From IMG/VR virus record IMGVR_UViG_3300037247_002096, positions 1-62,005 of that record: a stretch of 62,005 nt of DNA; one strand, 5' to 3'. Each line of letters starts with the position of its first letter. Positions within the stretch are counted from its first letter, which is position 1. This document shows, in pieces, positions 10,861 through 20,441 of this stretch. The position numbers were made by a program, and so were the translations under genes. Origin of the DNA: a virus (taxonomy: Duplodnaviria; Caudoviricetes). The notes beneath the pieces were generated by a model. That model was given only the letters and a program-made list of their open reading frames with translations. It ran no database searches and was not told the origin of the DNA.

Positions 10861-13038
10861 ATGGTCGTTAAAGTACTGGATCTAGACGATATCCCGATCC
10901 TAATACGAGATACCTCAGACGTTCAGGAACTATTAGAGAAATATAAAGTTGATATTGCGCGGGATGGCGATGCAACGCAGGTTCAACGCGAACAAGCCAG
11001 CCAGGATATGCGCTATATCCACGTTGTCGGTGGCTCCTGGGAAGGTTTTTTTGATAATGAAACTGCGGATCGAGTGCGGCTCGAATTTCCATTAATAACA
11101 AACTTCACGACAAGGCTTTTAGGTGAGTGGAACAAAAACCGTATGGGGGTTGATTTCAAACCCGGCGACAACCCTAAAACAACCGACAAAGAAGCAAAGT
11201 TAATGAATGGTATTTACCGCCGAGATTTTAATTCTTTCGGCAGTGGAAAAAAGGCCCTCGACAATGCCGTGGCCGAAGCCATAACCTGCGGATATGGTGC
11301 AATAAAACTTGGTGAAAAATTCGTTGACAAAACTGACCCCGAAAATGAATTAACCGACATCGAATTCAGGACGATTCATAACGCCTACAATGCGGTATTT
11401 TGGGACAATGCTTCTCAGGAAATGGACAAAAGTGATGCCCGTCATGTGAACGTGCTGACTCGTTATACTCGTGAAACTTTTAAAGAAAAATTTCCTGATG
11501 CTACTCCATCCTCTGCTTATGACCCTGAGAATTTTCATATAAGCAATACAAGTGGAAACAGGATTAACGATGTCGATGCCGCAATTTATGTTGCAACCCG
11601 ATATCATAGAACCAAATTCAAACAAAAAGTCTTTGTTTATTTCAATAGTGCAACACAAGAAAAGGAACTCTTCGATGAAGAAGATCATGAAGAAAAGTTA
11701 TCAGAAATTAGGAAAAACCCAAGTCTAAAGAAAATCAGGGAACGAACTATTGAAATAGAAGGGATAGAAAAAGCTGTTTTTAGTGGCGATGAAATTTTCG
11801 AGGAACCAAAATTTATCACGGGACAAAGGCTTCCCATCGCTCCCCTTTATGCCCACAGAGGATATGTTGATGGTGAAGAATGGTATCGTGGTGTTGTGCG
11901 ACCACTCAAAGATTCGGGCCGTGTATTTAACTCCTTAATGTCTCAGCTTATGGAGACATCAGCTTCAAGCAACGCTGATATCCCCATCATGACGCCTGAA
12001 CAAATGGAAAATGAATTGGCTCAGCAACAATGGGCCAACCCAGGCGACCAATCTTATTTACTTTTGGATAACGTAACAGATGAAGACGGTAAAATTATCC
12101 AATCCGGACCGGTCGGCTATCTCAAAGCCAGACAAGTTGACCCAAGCTCCGGAATGCTCTTGCAACTCATCCCTCAGATTTTAGATAAATTGATGGGCGG
12201 AGCCCCGCAAGAAACCTTTGATTCTAATACCTCTGGAAAAGCAATTGCGGCCATTAAAAAAGTCCAGGATTTGGCAACCCAGCCCATTATGGAAAATTTC
12301 TCTACTGGCATTCAATGGATTGGCGTCATCTATTTTTCAAAAGCTGTTGAAACATATGCCACCAATCGAATGATGAGAATCGTTGGCATCGACGGCACCG
12401 AAACCTCTGTTGAATTAATGAAAAACGTTTTCGACACCAAAACCGGCAAGGTCATACAAACCAATAATATCAAAGATCAGGAATTCAGAGTCTATTCAGA
12501 CGTTGGCCCACAATACGAAACATTGAGGGAACAGGAAGTCGAAGAAGACAAAGCAATGCTGGCTGCTATGCAAAATATCCCAGGATCTGAACAGTTTGCC
12601 ATGGTCACGCTTTCCAATATGTTCATCAACTCCACTGGCCCTGGCTCTGAATCAAAAAGAAAGATCGGACGCCGTAACCTGATTTTAATGGGTGTTTTGG
12701 AACCTGAAACCGACGAAGAGATCCAAATGTTCCAGCAGGCCACTCAGCAACAACAGGAATCTAATTCGCAGGAAGATTTGGTCAAAGCGGCAACCGCTCA
12801 GGCGGCTGGAGAAGCGCAAAAATTCATATCTGAAGCCAAAAACCTTGATTCTAAATCGCTTGATAACTTGGCAAGTTCGGAATTGAAGAAAACTCAAGCC
12901 GTTAAAAACATTGTAGAACTTTCTTTGAATCAGGCAAAAACTCAGTCCGACATCCGCGTCAATGAATCGAAAATAAAAAAGGAACAGGCTGACCTTGACA
13001 TGGAAATTTTACAGCAAATTGCAGCTTTGCCCATTTAA
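10861..13038 (+). CDS. Portal protein, P22-like
   Basis: Follows TerL, ~725 aa; G.VRPLKD, SGKAI, DVGP.Y.T.R motifs; Q-rich coiled-coil C-terminus. Confidence 0.9.
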   Translation: MVVKVLDLDDIPILIRDTSDVQELLEKYKVDIARDGDATQVQREQASQDMRYIHVVGGSWEGFFDNETADRVRLEFPLITNFTTRLLGEWNKNRMGVDFKPGDNPKTTDKEAKLMNGIYRRDFNSFGSGKKALDNAVAEAITCGYGAIKLGEKFVDKTDPENELTDIEFRTIHNAYNAVFWDNASQEMDKSDARHVNVLTRYTRETFKEKFPDATPSSAYDPENFHISNTSGNRINDVDAAIYVATRYHRTKFKQKVFVYFNSATQEKELFDEEDHEEKLSEIRKNPSLKKIRERTIEIEGIEKAVFSGDEIFEEPKFITGQRLPIAPLYAHRGYVDGEEWYRGVVRPLKDSGRVFNSLMSQLMETSASSNADIPIMTPEQMENELAQQQWANPGDQSYLLLDNVTDEDGKIIQSGPVGYLKARQVDPSSGMLLQLIPQILDKLMGGAPQETFDSNTSGKAIAAIKKVQDLATQPIMENFSTGIQWIGVIYFSKAVETYATNRMMRIVGIDGTETSVELMKNVFDTKTGKVIQTNNIKDQEFRVYSDVGPQYETLREQEVEEDKAMLAAMQNIPGSEQFAMVTLSNMFINSTGPGSESKRKIGRRNLILMGVLEPETDEEIQMFQQATQQQQESNSQEDLVKAATAQAAGEAQKFISEAKNLDSKSLDNLASSELKKTQAVKNIVELSLNQAKTQSDIRVNESKIKKEQADLDMEILQQIAALPI

Positions 13039-13050
13039 CAGGAGACAATT

Positions 13051-13257
13051 ATGGCTGACATTGCGGTTCGGCTGGGGAAATCACCAAAAAGAATGAAGCA
13101 AGTGACTGGTAATAAGAATATATTAAAAAAGGTCAAAGAATTAAAATCCGTTAATAAGCAAATTGCAATACGGGAAAAGTCTTTACAGAAAAGGTTTGAA
13201 ACGAGTGATAAGCTTTTCACAAAACGGCGGAAAATTGAAGAGCAATTGGGGATATGA
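13051..13257 (+). CDS. Small basic hypothetical protein
   Basis: AGGAG RBS, 68 aa. Confidence 0.55.
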   Translation: MADIAVRLGKSPKRMKQVTGNKNILKKVKELKSVNKQIAIREKSLQKRFETSDKLFTKRRKIEEQLGI

Positions 13258-13417
13258 AAATATTATTTCTTTTTTTAAGATCTAAATTGTCCTATCTCTG
13301 GAGGATTGGTTTGATAGAAAGAACAACGGCTTTTCGATGGGAAATGGATTTTTACGTATCTCCGTTAAAACCTTGGTGGAGATAAGATTTACTTTATTGA
13401 TTTGTTAGGTATTTAAA

Positions 13418-13543
13418 ATGTTTCGTGAATTACTTGAGTTTTTAAAATTGCTTGTAAAAAAGCAATGGACTGGTAAAATAACACTTGATTTCCACAAAGG
13501 TGGATTAAAAAAAATTAAAAAGGAAGAAGAAATTAAAATCTAA
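13418..13543 (+). CDS. Small protein (41 aa, WTGKITLDFHKG; YezD/DUF2292-like)
   Basis: Read manually; below the ORF track cutoff. Confidence 0.45.
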   Translation: MFRELLEFLKLLVKKQWTGKITLDFHKGGLKKIKKEEEIKI

Positions 13544-13579
13544 ATACAGGTAGCAACACACAGAGGCCACTATTTATAT

Positions 13580-13631
13580 GCCCTGTTTGGAGTCTTTATG
13601 ACTCTGAGCAGGGCTTTTTTTTGTTTTTTTT
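13580..13631 (+). terminator. Intrinsic terminator
   Basis: GCCCTGTTTGGAGTC...GACTCTGAGCAGGGC hairpin followed by a long T tract. Confidence 0.7.
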
Positions 13632-13655
13632 CAATCGGGCTACGCGATGCCTGAA

Positions 13656-13729
13656 CCGTTTCTCGGAACGAAAAACCGTGCCGTTCACGGACGTATAACC
13701 GTGCCGTTTCATGGAACGTAAAACCATTG
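13656..13729 (+). promoter_or_regulatory. Three tandem pseudoknot-like units in the scaffold gene leader
   Basis: CGTT-loop-(A)ACG stems whose loops (CTCGG/CACGG/CATGG) complement downstream CCG/CCGTG/CCAT. Confidence 0.5.
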
Positions 13730-13777
13730 GCCATCAGAAATGATTGCACTCTCTAAAATCCATACCGGAGAAAAAAC

Positions 13778-14746
13778 ATGGGACAAGAACAGGATCAAGA
13801 CGAGCAAACAGCAACAGTGACCCTGGATGAAAAGCCAAAAGTTGACCAAGAAAACGTTGAAAACCTGGAACAAATCGACGGTCAAGTTTTAGAACAGGAT
13901 GACGGTCAGGGCCAGGAAGAAGACGACCAAAAAGGTGAGACCAAAGCTGAAGAAGAAGATCTTGGGGTCGAAGTTGTATTGGAATCTTCTGATAAAGCTC
14001 CCGAAAAAGAAACGCGAAAAAACTTCGGGAAACGCATTCAGAAGATGAACGAGAAAATTGATGTTGCGGAGCAAGGCGAACAAAAAGCCAACGATAAGTT
14101 GCAAAAGGCCAATGATCGCATCGCTCAGTTGGAGGACCAAAATAAGATTCAAAACTTGGCTTTGGACAAAAATGGCCAAGGTTCTGATCCCAATGGTCCG
14201 CCTGATCCGGAAAAATTTGATGCTGGTGAATATGACCCGGAATACAGGAAACAACTCAACGCATATCAGGACGCTCGCCAAGACGCTCGCATGGATCAGC
14301 GATTTGCGAAAAAGGTGCAAGAGGTTGAAGGAACTGCCAAAGAAAGGCAGGTGCAAAATGCACGGGATTACGCTCTGGAACAAAAGCAGGAAGTTCATTA
14401 CGACAGAGCCTTGAATATGGGAGTGCCCAAGCAGGATTACTACGATACAGAAGATAAAGTCATCGCTGTATTAGGTAAGGCTGCGGTCAATACCATTATC
14501 AAGAGCATCCCCAACGCGCACAAAATTCTTTATTACCTCGGTAAAAATCCTAAAGCCGTTGAAGAAATTGCTGATTCCTTAAATGCTGATCCTGTCACTG
14601 GGATTAATGACATAGCAGTTATGGGCGCAAAAATAACTGTTAAAAAAATAACAAAACATGTCCGCGACCCTGACAAGGAATTGGAAGGGGGAACGCCCGC
14701 ATCTTCTAAAAAGATGAGGGGGCCACCAGGCGCGACATTTTCATAA
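13778..14746 (+). CDS. Scaffolding protein
   Basis: Acidic coiled coil between portal and coat; ILYYLGKNP motif. Confidence 0.85.
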   Translation: MGQEQDQDEQTATVTLDEKPKVDQENVENLEQIDGQVLEQDDGQGQEEDDQKGETKAEEEDLGVEVVLESSDKAPEKETRKNFGKRIQKMNEKIDVAEQGEQKANDKLQKANDRIAQLEDQNKIQNLALDKNGQGSDPNGPPDPEKFDAGEYDPEYRKQLNAYQDARQDARMDQRFAKKVQEVEGTAKERQVQNARDYALEQKQEVHYDRALNMGVPKQDYYDTEDKVIAVLGKAAVNTIIKSIPNAHKILYYLGKNPKAVEEIADSLNADPVTGINDIAVMGAKITVKKITKHVRDPDKELEGGTPASSKKMRGPPGATFS

Positions 14747-14757
14747 GGAATTAGAAA

Positions 14758-16062
14758 ATGGCAAACAATTTTGACAGTAATTTTACTGAAAAACTCATGC
14801 GGATATTTCTGGAGAAATTCGAGTCCGCACGTGTGTTGTCGAAAAACGTAAACACACAGCTTTTGAGTGGAGTTTACGACCCAAACAGCGGTGATGTTGT
14901 TTCATTCAAACGACCTACGGATTTCACCGCTGTTGAGAATGCTACAGGTGATTTAACGGGTGTTACCCCGGACGACATTATTGCTGGTAAAGCATCTGGT
15001 GTTGTGCAGAATTACATCACGGTTTTTGTAAATTTTGATGAAGCGGACCAAGCTCTTAAAATGGGGCAAATAGACGAGTTGTTGGCACCAATGGCGACTC
15101 GTGTTGTCACCCAATTGGAGTTAAATTTTGCAAGATTCATGATGAGAAATTCCGGTCTGTTGTCTGGTGATTATGGTGTGCCAGTCACAATTTGGGATCA
15201 TGTCGCAAATTTTAGTTCTGTCATGCAAGCCACCGGCGTTCCGATGGACAGCACCTGGAATGTTGCGATCAACCCGTTCACTCAAACTGCTTTGGCATCA
15301 AATCAAAGGTCTTTGGGTTCTGGCGGAGTTTCTGGTGCTTTGGTTATGAGCGCACATGAACGAGCTATGATTTCCTCTAGCTTCGCAAATATGCAGGTCA
15401 TGTCTGCAACGACTTTGGCCACACATACTCAACCTGCAACAGGTGACAGGAGCGGTACAGTCGTTGGAACGCCGTCACCTACTTATGTAGCTGCCAAGGA
15501 CACAATGACCCAGCTTATCAACGTTGATGGATTTGGTACATTCACCGGAACCATTCCTGCTGGTACGGTTATTCAGATAACGGGTGCTGTTGATGCTTTG
15601 AACAGACTCAATCTTTCAACCCGTGAAGAAATCGTCGATGGTTCAGGTAACGCGGTGTTATTCACCGGCGTTTTGGAACTAGATTTGGTTCTTGCAACTG
15701 GTGCAGGTCCAGCGACAATAACTGGTCCCGCAATTTTTGAAAATGCTCCTGGTACTGGTGGTCATAACACGGTTAATCGTGCCATTGTTGCCGCTGATGT
15801 TGTAACCCTTTTAGGTTTGGATTCTGTAACTTACCAACCGAATCTTTTTTGGCACAGGCAGGCTTTTTCCATTGGATCAGTTGACATCAAGAAATTGTTC
15901 TCAACCGATACTTTGGGCCAGACGGAAGACGGTATGAAACTACGTGTCAGTAAATTTGCTGATGGTGTGACCAACGTTCAGAAAATCAGAATTGATTTGC
16001 GGCCTGCTTTTGCAGCCTTGAATCCGTTCTTCGCTGGGCAGGGTTGGGGTATCACTCCGTAA
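14758..16062 (+). CDS. Major capsid (coat) protein, P22 gp5-like
   Basis: 434 aa; YQPNLFWHRQAF and KIRIDLRPAFAALNPFFAGQGWG C-terminus. Confidence 0.9.
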   Translation: MANNFDSNFTEKLMRIFLEKFESARVLSKNVNTQLLSGVYDPNSGDVVSFKRPTDFTAVENATGDLTGVTPDDIIAGKASGVVQNYITVFVNFDEADQALKMGQIDELLAPMATRVVTQLELNFARFMMRNSGLLSGDYGVPVTIWDHVANFSSVMQATGVPMDSTWNVAINPFTQTALASNQRSLGSGGVSGALVMSAHERAMISSSFANMQVMSATTLATHTQPATGDRSGTVVGTPSPTYVAAKDTMTQLINVDGFGTFTGTIPAGTVIQITGAVDALNRLNLSTREEIVDGSGNAVLFTGVLELDLVLATGAGPATITGPAIFENAPGTGGHNTVNRAIVAADVVTLLGLDSVTYQPNLFWHRQAFSIGSVDIKKLFSTDTLGQTEDGMKLRVSKFADGVTNVQKIRIDLRPAFAALNPFFAGQGWGITP

Positions 16063-16085
16063 CTGCAATTCAATTTGTTTGGATG

Positions 16086-16112
16086 ATGTGGGGCGTTCTT
16101 CGCCCCGCATTT
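16086..16112 (+). terminator. Hairpin/terminator after the capsid gene
   Basis: ATGTGGGGCG-TTCTT-CGCCCCGCAT followed by TT. Confidence 0.55.
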
Positions 16113-16132
16113 AATCTCCTATAAGGACAAAA

Positions 16133-16585
16133 ATGTCTTCTGGGACCAAAATAATAACAAAAGCGTTTAAGCGGCTCGGTGTATTCACCGTTTTTAACAT
16201 CCCTCCCAATGAAGCAATCATTGAAGGAATGGAGAGATTAAACGGCATGTTGGACAGTTGGAGAACAAAATTTGTAAATATTCCATTCAACGAATTGACC
16301 GTGCCAGGCCAAGAATTGGGTGAACCTGTTGATGCAACAAATACCATTATCGATAATTTAGCAATAAATTTGGCGCCAGATTATGACGGTACTGAAACCG
16401 GAAATGTTTCTCCGACTTTAATACGAAATGCCAGAGTAGGCTTGATCAATTTGAAGAGGGCTTATCGATGTCAGCCCATTCCGCAGTTCACCTTATCCAG
16501 CACAACACCAGTCGGCCAAGGCAATCAAGATGGATTGTTTAATCTTAGCGTTTTTTGGGGTGTCAATAGACCAAAAGGTGGGTAA
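16133..16585 (+). CDS. Head-to-tail adaptor, P22 gp4-like
   Basis: Position; II..AFKRLGV, LNGMLDSW, NLAINLAPDY, P.GQGN motifs. Confidence 0.8.
   Translation: MSSGTKIITKAFKRLGVFTVFNIPPNEAIIEGMERLNGMLDSWRTKFVNIPFNELTVPGQELGEPVDATNTIIDNLAINLAPDYDGTETGNVSPTLIRNARVGLINLKRAYRCQPIPQFTLSSTTPVGQGNQDGLFNLSVFWGVNRPKGG
16566..16584. repeat. 19-bp direct repeat ATAGACCAAAAGGTGGGTA (second copy 17291-17309)
   Basis: Exact duplication flanking two inserted genes. Confidence 0.85.
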
Positions 16586-16612
16586 ATTTTAATAAAAATT
16601 CAGGAGAAGAAG

Positions 16613-16819
16613 ATGTCTCAAAATTTGGAAGATAGGAACGAATTTGCATCTAGTTCAATATTTAAAAAAATGTTTCAGCATTCTGATCCAGAAAAAAACC
16701 CGGAATCAGATGCAATTAATAATTTGGATAAATTACTTTCCAAAATACCGAAAAAAGAAAATTTAAATATTTTAGAATGGGAAGATCTTGAAAAACTACA
16801 ATCCAATAATCTGCGTTGA
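16613..16819 (+). CDS. Hypothetical protein (inserted moron)
   Basis: AGGAG RBS; AT-rich. Confidence 0.55.
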   Translation: MSQNLEDRNEFASSSIFKKMFQHSDPEKNPESDAINNLDKLLSKIPKKENLNILEWEDLEKLQSNNLR

Positions 16820-17294
16820 TTTTGATGGAGTTATCCATTCGTATAATTCGGGATGGAAAGGTGCTGATATTATCCCTGACCCGCCTGTCCCTGGTGCTAT
16901 TAAATGGCTTGAGGATCATTTGCCTGTCCCCGATGAATTGGGTATGAGCGGTGAATATAAGGGGCCTATCGTTCAAATATATTCCTCTCGCTCAAAGCAA
17001 AGTGGCGGAATTAAGGCAATGAAGGAATGGCTGATCCGGCATGGTTTGCACAAGAGTTATATCTCGGATGGAATTTTAGAATTTCCAACACAGAAACCAG
17101 CGGCATTTTTAACGATAGATGATCGGGCAATCTGTTTTCGAGGGACGTTTCCAACTACTGATGAAATGATGCAGTTTAGACCTTGGAATAAAAAACCTGA
17201 AATTGGCGAGCTTGAAGCTATCATTGACCGGTTTCCTGATTCGATAGAATTAGGATCAAACGGCTCAATTATTGTCAAACAACCCAATCGATAG
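16788..17294 (+). CDS. HAD-superfamily phosphatase-like protein (inserted moron)
   Basis: ICVDFDGVIH (DxD motif), KP, IDDRA. Confidence 0.8.
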   Translation: MKNYNPIICVDFDGVIHSYNSGWKGADIIPDPPVPGAIKWLEDHLPVPDELGMSGEYKGPIVQIYSSRSKQSGGIKAMKEWLIRHGLHKSYISDGILEFPTQKPAAFLTIDDRAICFRGTFPTTDEMMQFRPWNKKPEIGELEAIIDRFPDSIELGSNGSIIVKQPNR

Positions 17295-17315
17295 ACCAAA
17301 AGGTGGGTAGAAACA

Positions 17316-19154
17316 ATGGCTGAAATCCCATTTCCTGATGGACTGCAAGGCGTAAACGCTTTGCCAAAAACCAAAAGGGTTCTCACAAATTGTTATAGGA
17401 ATAGAAAAGGGGAGCTTTTGGGTCGCCGTGGAATCGATCAACTGAATACCACTGGAAAAGTTGCCAGAGGGCAATTTGAATGGGATGAAAATCTTTATCA
17501 GGTGGTTTCGTCAAGCCTTATCAAAATAACCGATTTGACAACCGGTGCTTTTGTAACCATCGGCACAATTGCAGGATCCGCAACTATTCAAACAGCTATC
17601 GGATTCAATGATGCAGTCATTATCGTTAAGAACGGTGCCCTTTATACTCTAGGGAAAGAAACCGACACAACTGCCATTTCAAGCGTTGGAAGTGCATTCG
17701 GTGGCGTTGCCAGATTCAATCATGGCGGTTCTGCAGTGGGTGGGATTTCGACAGTCACCATAATAAATTTTGCAGCAAATCCTTTATACAATGTGGAAAA
17801 CACGAGCGTTTCATCTGTGGAACCTGAAATTTTTTCCACTGGTATTTCGAGTGTCACAGACAATGGAGGTATTGCTGTATTCAATCATTCCGGAACCTCA
17901 CCCCAATTAGGCCAGGAAGTCACAATTTCTGGTTACATAACCAACACCGCCTACAACACAACAGGCACGGTCACTGCCAGAACAGCATCCAACTTTGAAA
18001 TCTCAGCAATTGCTTTTGGCACCGACGAAGCTGTTGGAAGTTATGTTGGGCAAGCCTCATTTACCATCTCTTCAATAACGTTTGGAACTTCTGAAACGGT
18101 TGGTTTTTTTGCATCAATTTTGACCAATATTCTTGGCAATGCGAATTTTCGTACTTGTGTCAGCGTTACTCACAAAGACAATCGATTTATTTATTGTCCT
18201 GCAGACGGCTCCCCAGTTTTCTTTTCTGATGTGGGTGACGCTGGGAGTGTGCAGGTAGCCAGTTTTTTTGATGCAGAACAATTACCGGATGAAAATAATC
18301 AAGTATGGACATTAAAAAATATTCTCTTTATTACCGGAACGGATTCAATAGAACAATTCCAAAACAGAGGAACCACACCGGTTCCATTCGTCAGAAGTGA
18401 TGCCGGTGCAATTGATGCCGGTTTTATCGGCGGGGCGTTGGAATATAGAAACACCTTTTTATTTGTGGGCAGAGACAAAAATCAAGATTTTGGCATATAC
18501 AGCATAGGCTCTGGCATCGCCCCAAAGATCTCTAACAAAGCAATAGATACAATTCTTGGCACCTACACCATCAATGAATTATCCGAAGCGGTTGCAAGCC
18601 GAGTGAAATGGGAGGGTGATGACATCGCTACCTTTACGTTCAGGCGAGATTCCTTCGGTTTCTTTAATGGCGAGTGGTTTAGATTGGACACATTAATAAA
18701 CGGAACTTCTCGACCTTGGAGAGCCGGTTTTATAACTGAATTTGCAGGCGATTATTACACAGCGTTTGAAAACAAAATTGGCATATTTCAAGATTTAAAT
18801 ACCGACTATGGCGAAAGAACCATCCGTGTTATTCAATTCGGCATAAAACAACCAAATGATGATTGGTTCAGAGTGCAAAGCGTGACCCTTGGCATTAGCC
18901 AAGGCTTTAACGATATCGACACTTCTTCAGGTGTGGCAATTCAAATCAGCTTAGATAACCGCCTATTTTCTGAACCGTTTTTTCGCAACCTAAGTGCCAT
19001 TGGGAATTATGCCAGCAAATTAGTGTGGAATTATCCTGGAGGCATTGGGAATTTTGAAGGGTTTATGGCTATAAGAATTTCCACTGCAGAAGATGTGAAA
19101 TTCTCATCCGATCATTTAATCGTTGATGCAAAAGGGGCACTTGAACTGGCATGA
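17316..19154 (+). CDS. Tail hub/DNA-stabilisation protein, P22 gp10-like, with inserted repeat domains
   Basis: Position; FFDAEQLPD, GTDSIEQF and KISNKAID motifs. Confidence 0.8.
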   Translation: MAEIPFPDGLQGVNALPKTKRVLTNCYRNRKGELLGRRGIDQLNTTGKVARGQFEWDENLYQVVSSSLIKITDLTTGAFVTIGTIAGSATIQTAIGFNDAVIIVKNGALYTLGKETDTTAISSVGSAFGGVARFNHGGSAVGGISTVTIINFAANPLYNVENTSVSSVEPEIFSTGISSVTDNGGIAVFNHSGTSPQLGQEVTISGYITNTAYNTTGTVTARTASNFEISAIAFGTDEAVGSYVGQASFTISSITFGTSETVGFFASILTNILGNANFRTCVSVTHKDNRFIYCPADGSPVFFSDVGDAGSVQVASFFDAEQLPDENNQVWTLKNILFITGTDSIEQFQNRGTTPVPFVRSDAGAIDAGFIGGALEYRNTFLFVGRDKNQDFGIYSIGSGIAPKISNKAIDTILGTYTINELSEAVASRVKWEGDDIATFTFRRDSFGFFNGEWFRLDTLINGTSRPWRAGFITEFAGDYYTAFENKIGIFQDLNTDYGERTIRVIQFGIKQPNDDWFRVQSVTLGISQGFNDIDTSSGVAIQISLDNRLFSEPFFRNLSAIGNYASKLVWNYPGGIGNFEGFMAIRISTAEDVKFSSDHLIVDAKGALELA

Positions 19155-19450
19155 GTGAAAAAACATCTGGCAGACCGCATCATAGTATTCCATTTGGAAC
19201 AGCGGAAAATGGCGTCGTCACAATATCAGATGAATGGCAGGCGTATATCGATACGCTTGACTTTTCAATCAACCTATTTTTGGGCGACAGCTTAATTTTA
19301 GAAAAATACACCGTAGCAACTGTTCCACCAGCTGAAGACAACGCCCTCGGTATCATCGGGATCACCGACGAAGTCGGCGGCCAAACCCCAGCATGGTCAA
19401 ACGGAACCGATTGGTTAAGATTTAGCGATGGAGCGGTTATAACAACATGA
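19151..19450 (+). CDS. Small tail protein
   Basis: YTVATVP...PAWSNGTDWLR motif typical of podovirus tail proteins. Confidence 0.65.
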   Translation: MSEKTSGRPHHSIPFGTAENGVVTISDEWQAYIDTLDFSINLFLGDSLILEKYTVATVPPAEDNALGIIGITDEVGGQTPAWSNGTDWLRFSDGAVITT

Positions 19451-20064
19451 GCCATAGAAATTTGAATGAAAATGAAGTTCATTGGAAACTCACTACCGGT
19501 TGCACTGTAATTGGACCTGGGTGTGATAGCTGTCCTGCGATGGGCGGGGACTCTTCTCATAAAACAAAAATATTTCCTGAAAGATTGTCTATACCTGCAT
19601 CTATAAAAGAACCAAAAATATTTTATTTGTCGTTAGGATCGGATTTCTTTCAAGACAATGTTACCGAAGAATTTATATTGAATGCGTTTAGAATTATGAT
19701 TTTTAACCCAATGCACAAGTTCGTAATTTTAACAAAACGTGCGGACAGATTACGTCATTTAGCGCCTAAATTAAAATTGACGGACAATATGTATATCGGT
19801 GTGACCGTCGCCTCTAAATCTTGCAAACATCGAATGGAAGCTCTGAGAACGGTTAAAAGTAAAAACAGATTCATTTCAATGGCTCCCTTGCTTGAAGATT
19901 TGGGTGAATTGAATTTGGAGGGTATCAAATCAGTAGGTGTTGTTGAAGAGACTTGGGGGCCGAAAAGGAAAATTCAGCAAGCCTGGGTGGATAATATTGA
20001 AAAACAGTGTCAGGAGCAGGATGTGCTTTTTAATTTTGACGATGCAATTCTATGGAACAAATAA
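19447..20064 (+). CDS. DUF5131 (phage Gp37/Gp68-like, radical-SAM-like) protein
   Basis: TGCTVIGPGCDSC, ILTKR, RFISMAPLL. Confidence 0.85.
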   Translation: MSHRNLNENEVHWKLTTGCTVIGPGCDSCPAMGGDSSHKTKIFPERLSIPASIKEPKIFYLSLGSDFFQDNVTEEFILNAFRIMIFNPMHKFVILTKRADRLRHLAPKLKLTDNMYIGVTVASKSCKHRMEALRTVKSKNRFISMAPLLEDLGELNLEGIKSVGVVEETWGPKRKIQQAWVDNIEKQCQEQDVLFNFDDAILWNK

Positions 20065-20438
20065 TTGAACGCACTTTCGATTATAGATTAGTAAATAAAA
20101 TTGCAGGGAAAGTTCCTGTAATTTCCAGCAAAATGATTTATCTGGTTTATGAAAAAGAAATGGTTTGGGCATTTGAAGAATATTTGGATGGGTTAATGAT
20201 TCATGTTTCTGTATTGAAATCGGCTCGTGGGAAAAAAGCCGTTGAAGTTTCAAAAATGGCTTTTAAATGGTTGCATGATAACGGATTTAAAAATGTTTAT
20301 GCTTGTATATCACAAAACTTGAAAGACGTTTGTCATTTTGCTATCGCCATTGGAATGAAATTTACTCATAAGGAATCAAGAGAAATGGGAAATATTGAGC
20401 ATAAATTTCGTTGTTATAAAATAATTTTAGGAGCTTAA
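20052..20438 (+). CDS. Putative GNAT-fold virion assembly protein (P22 gp14-like position)
   Basis: IHVSVLKSARGK motif; precedes the ejection genes. Confidence 0.6.
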   Translation: MEQIIERTFDYRLVNKIAGKVPVISSKMIYLVYEKEMVWAFEEYLDGLMIHVSVLKSARGKKAVEVSKMAFKWLHDNGFKNVYACISQNLKDVCHFAIAIGMKFTHKESREMGNIEHKFRCYKIILGA

Positions 20439-20441
20439 ATC

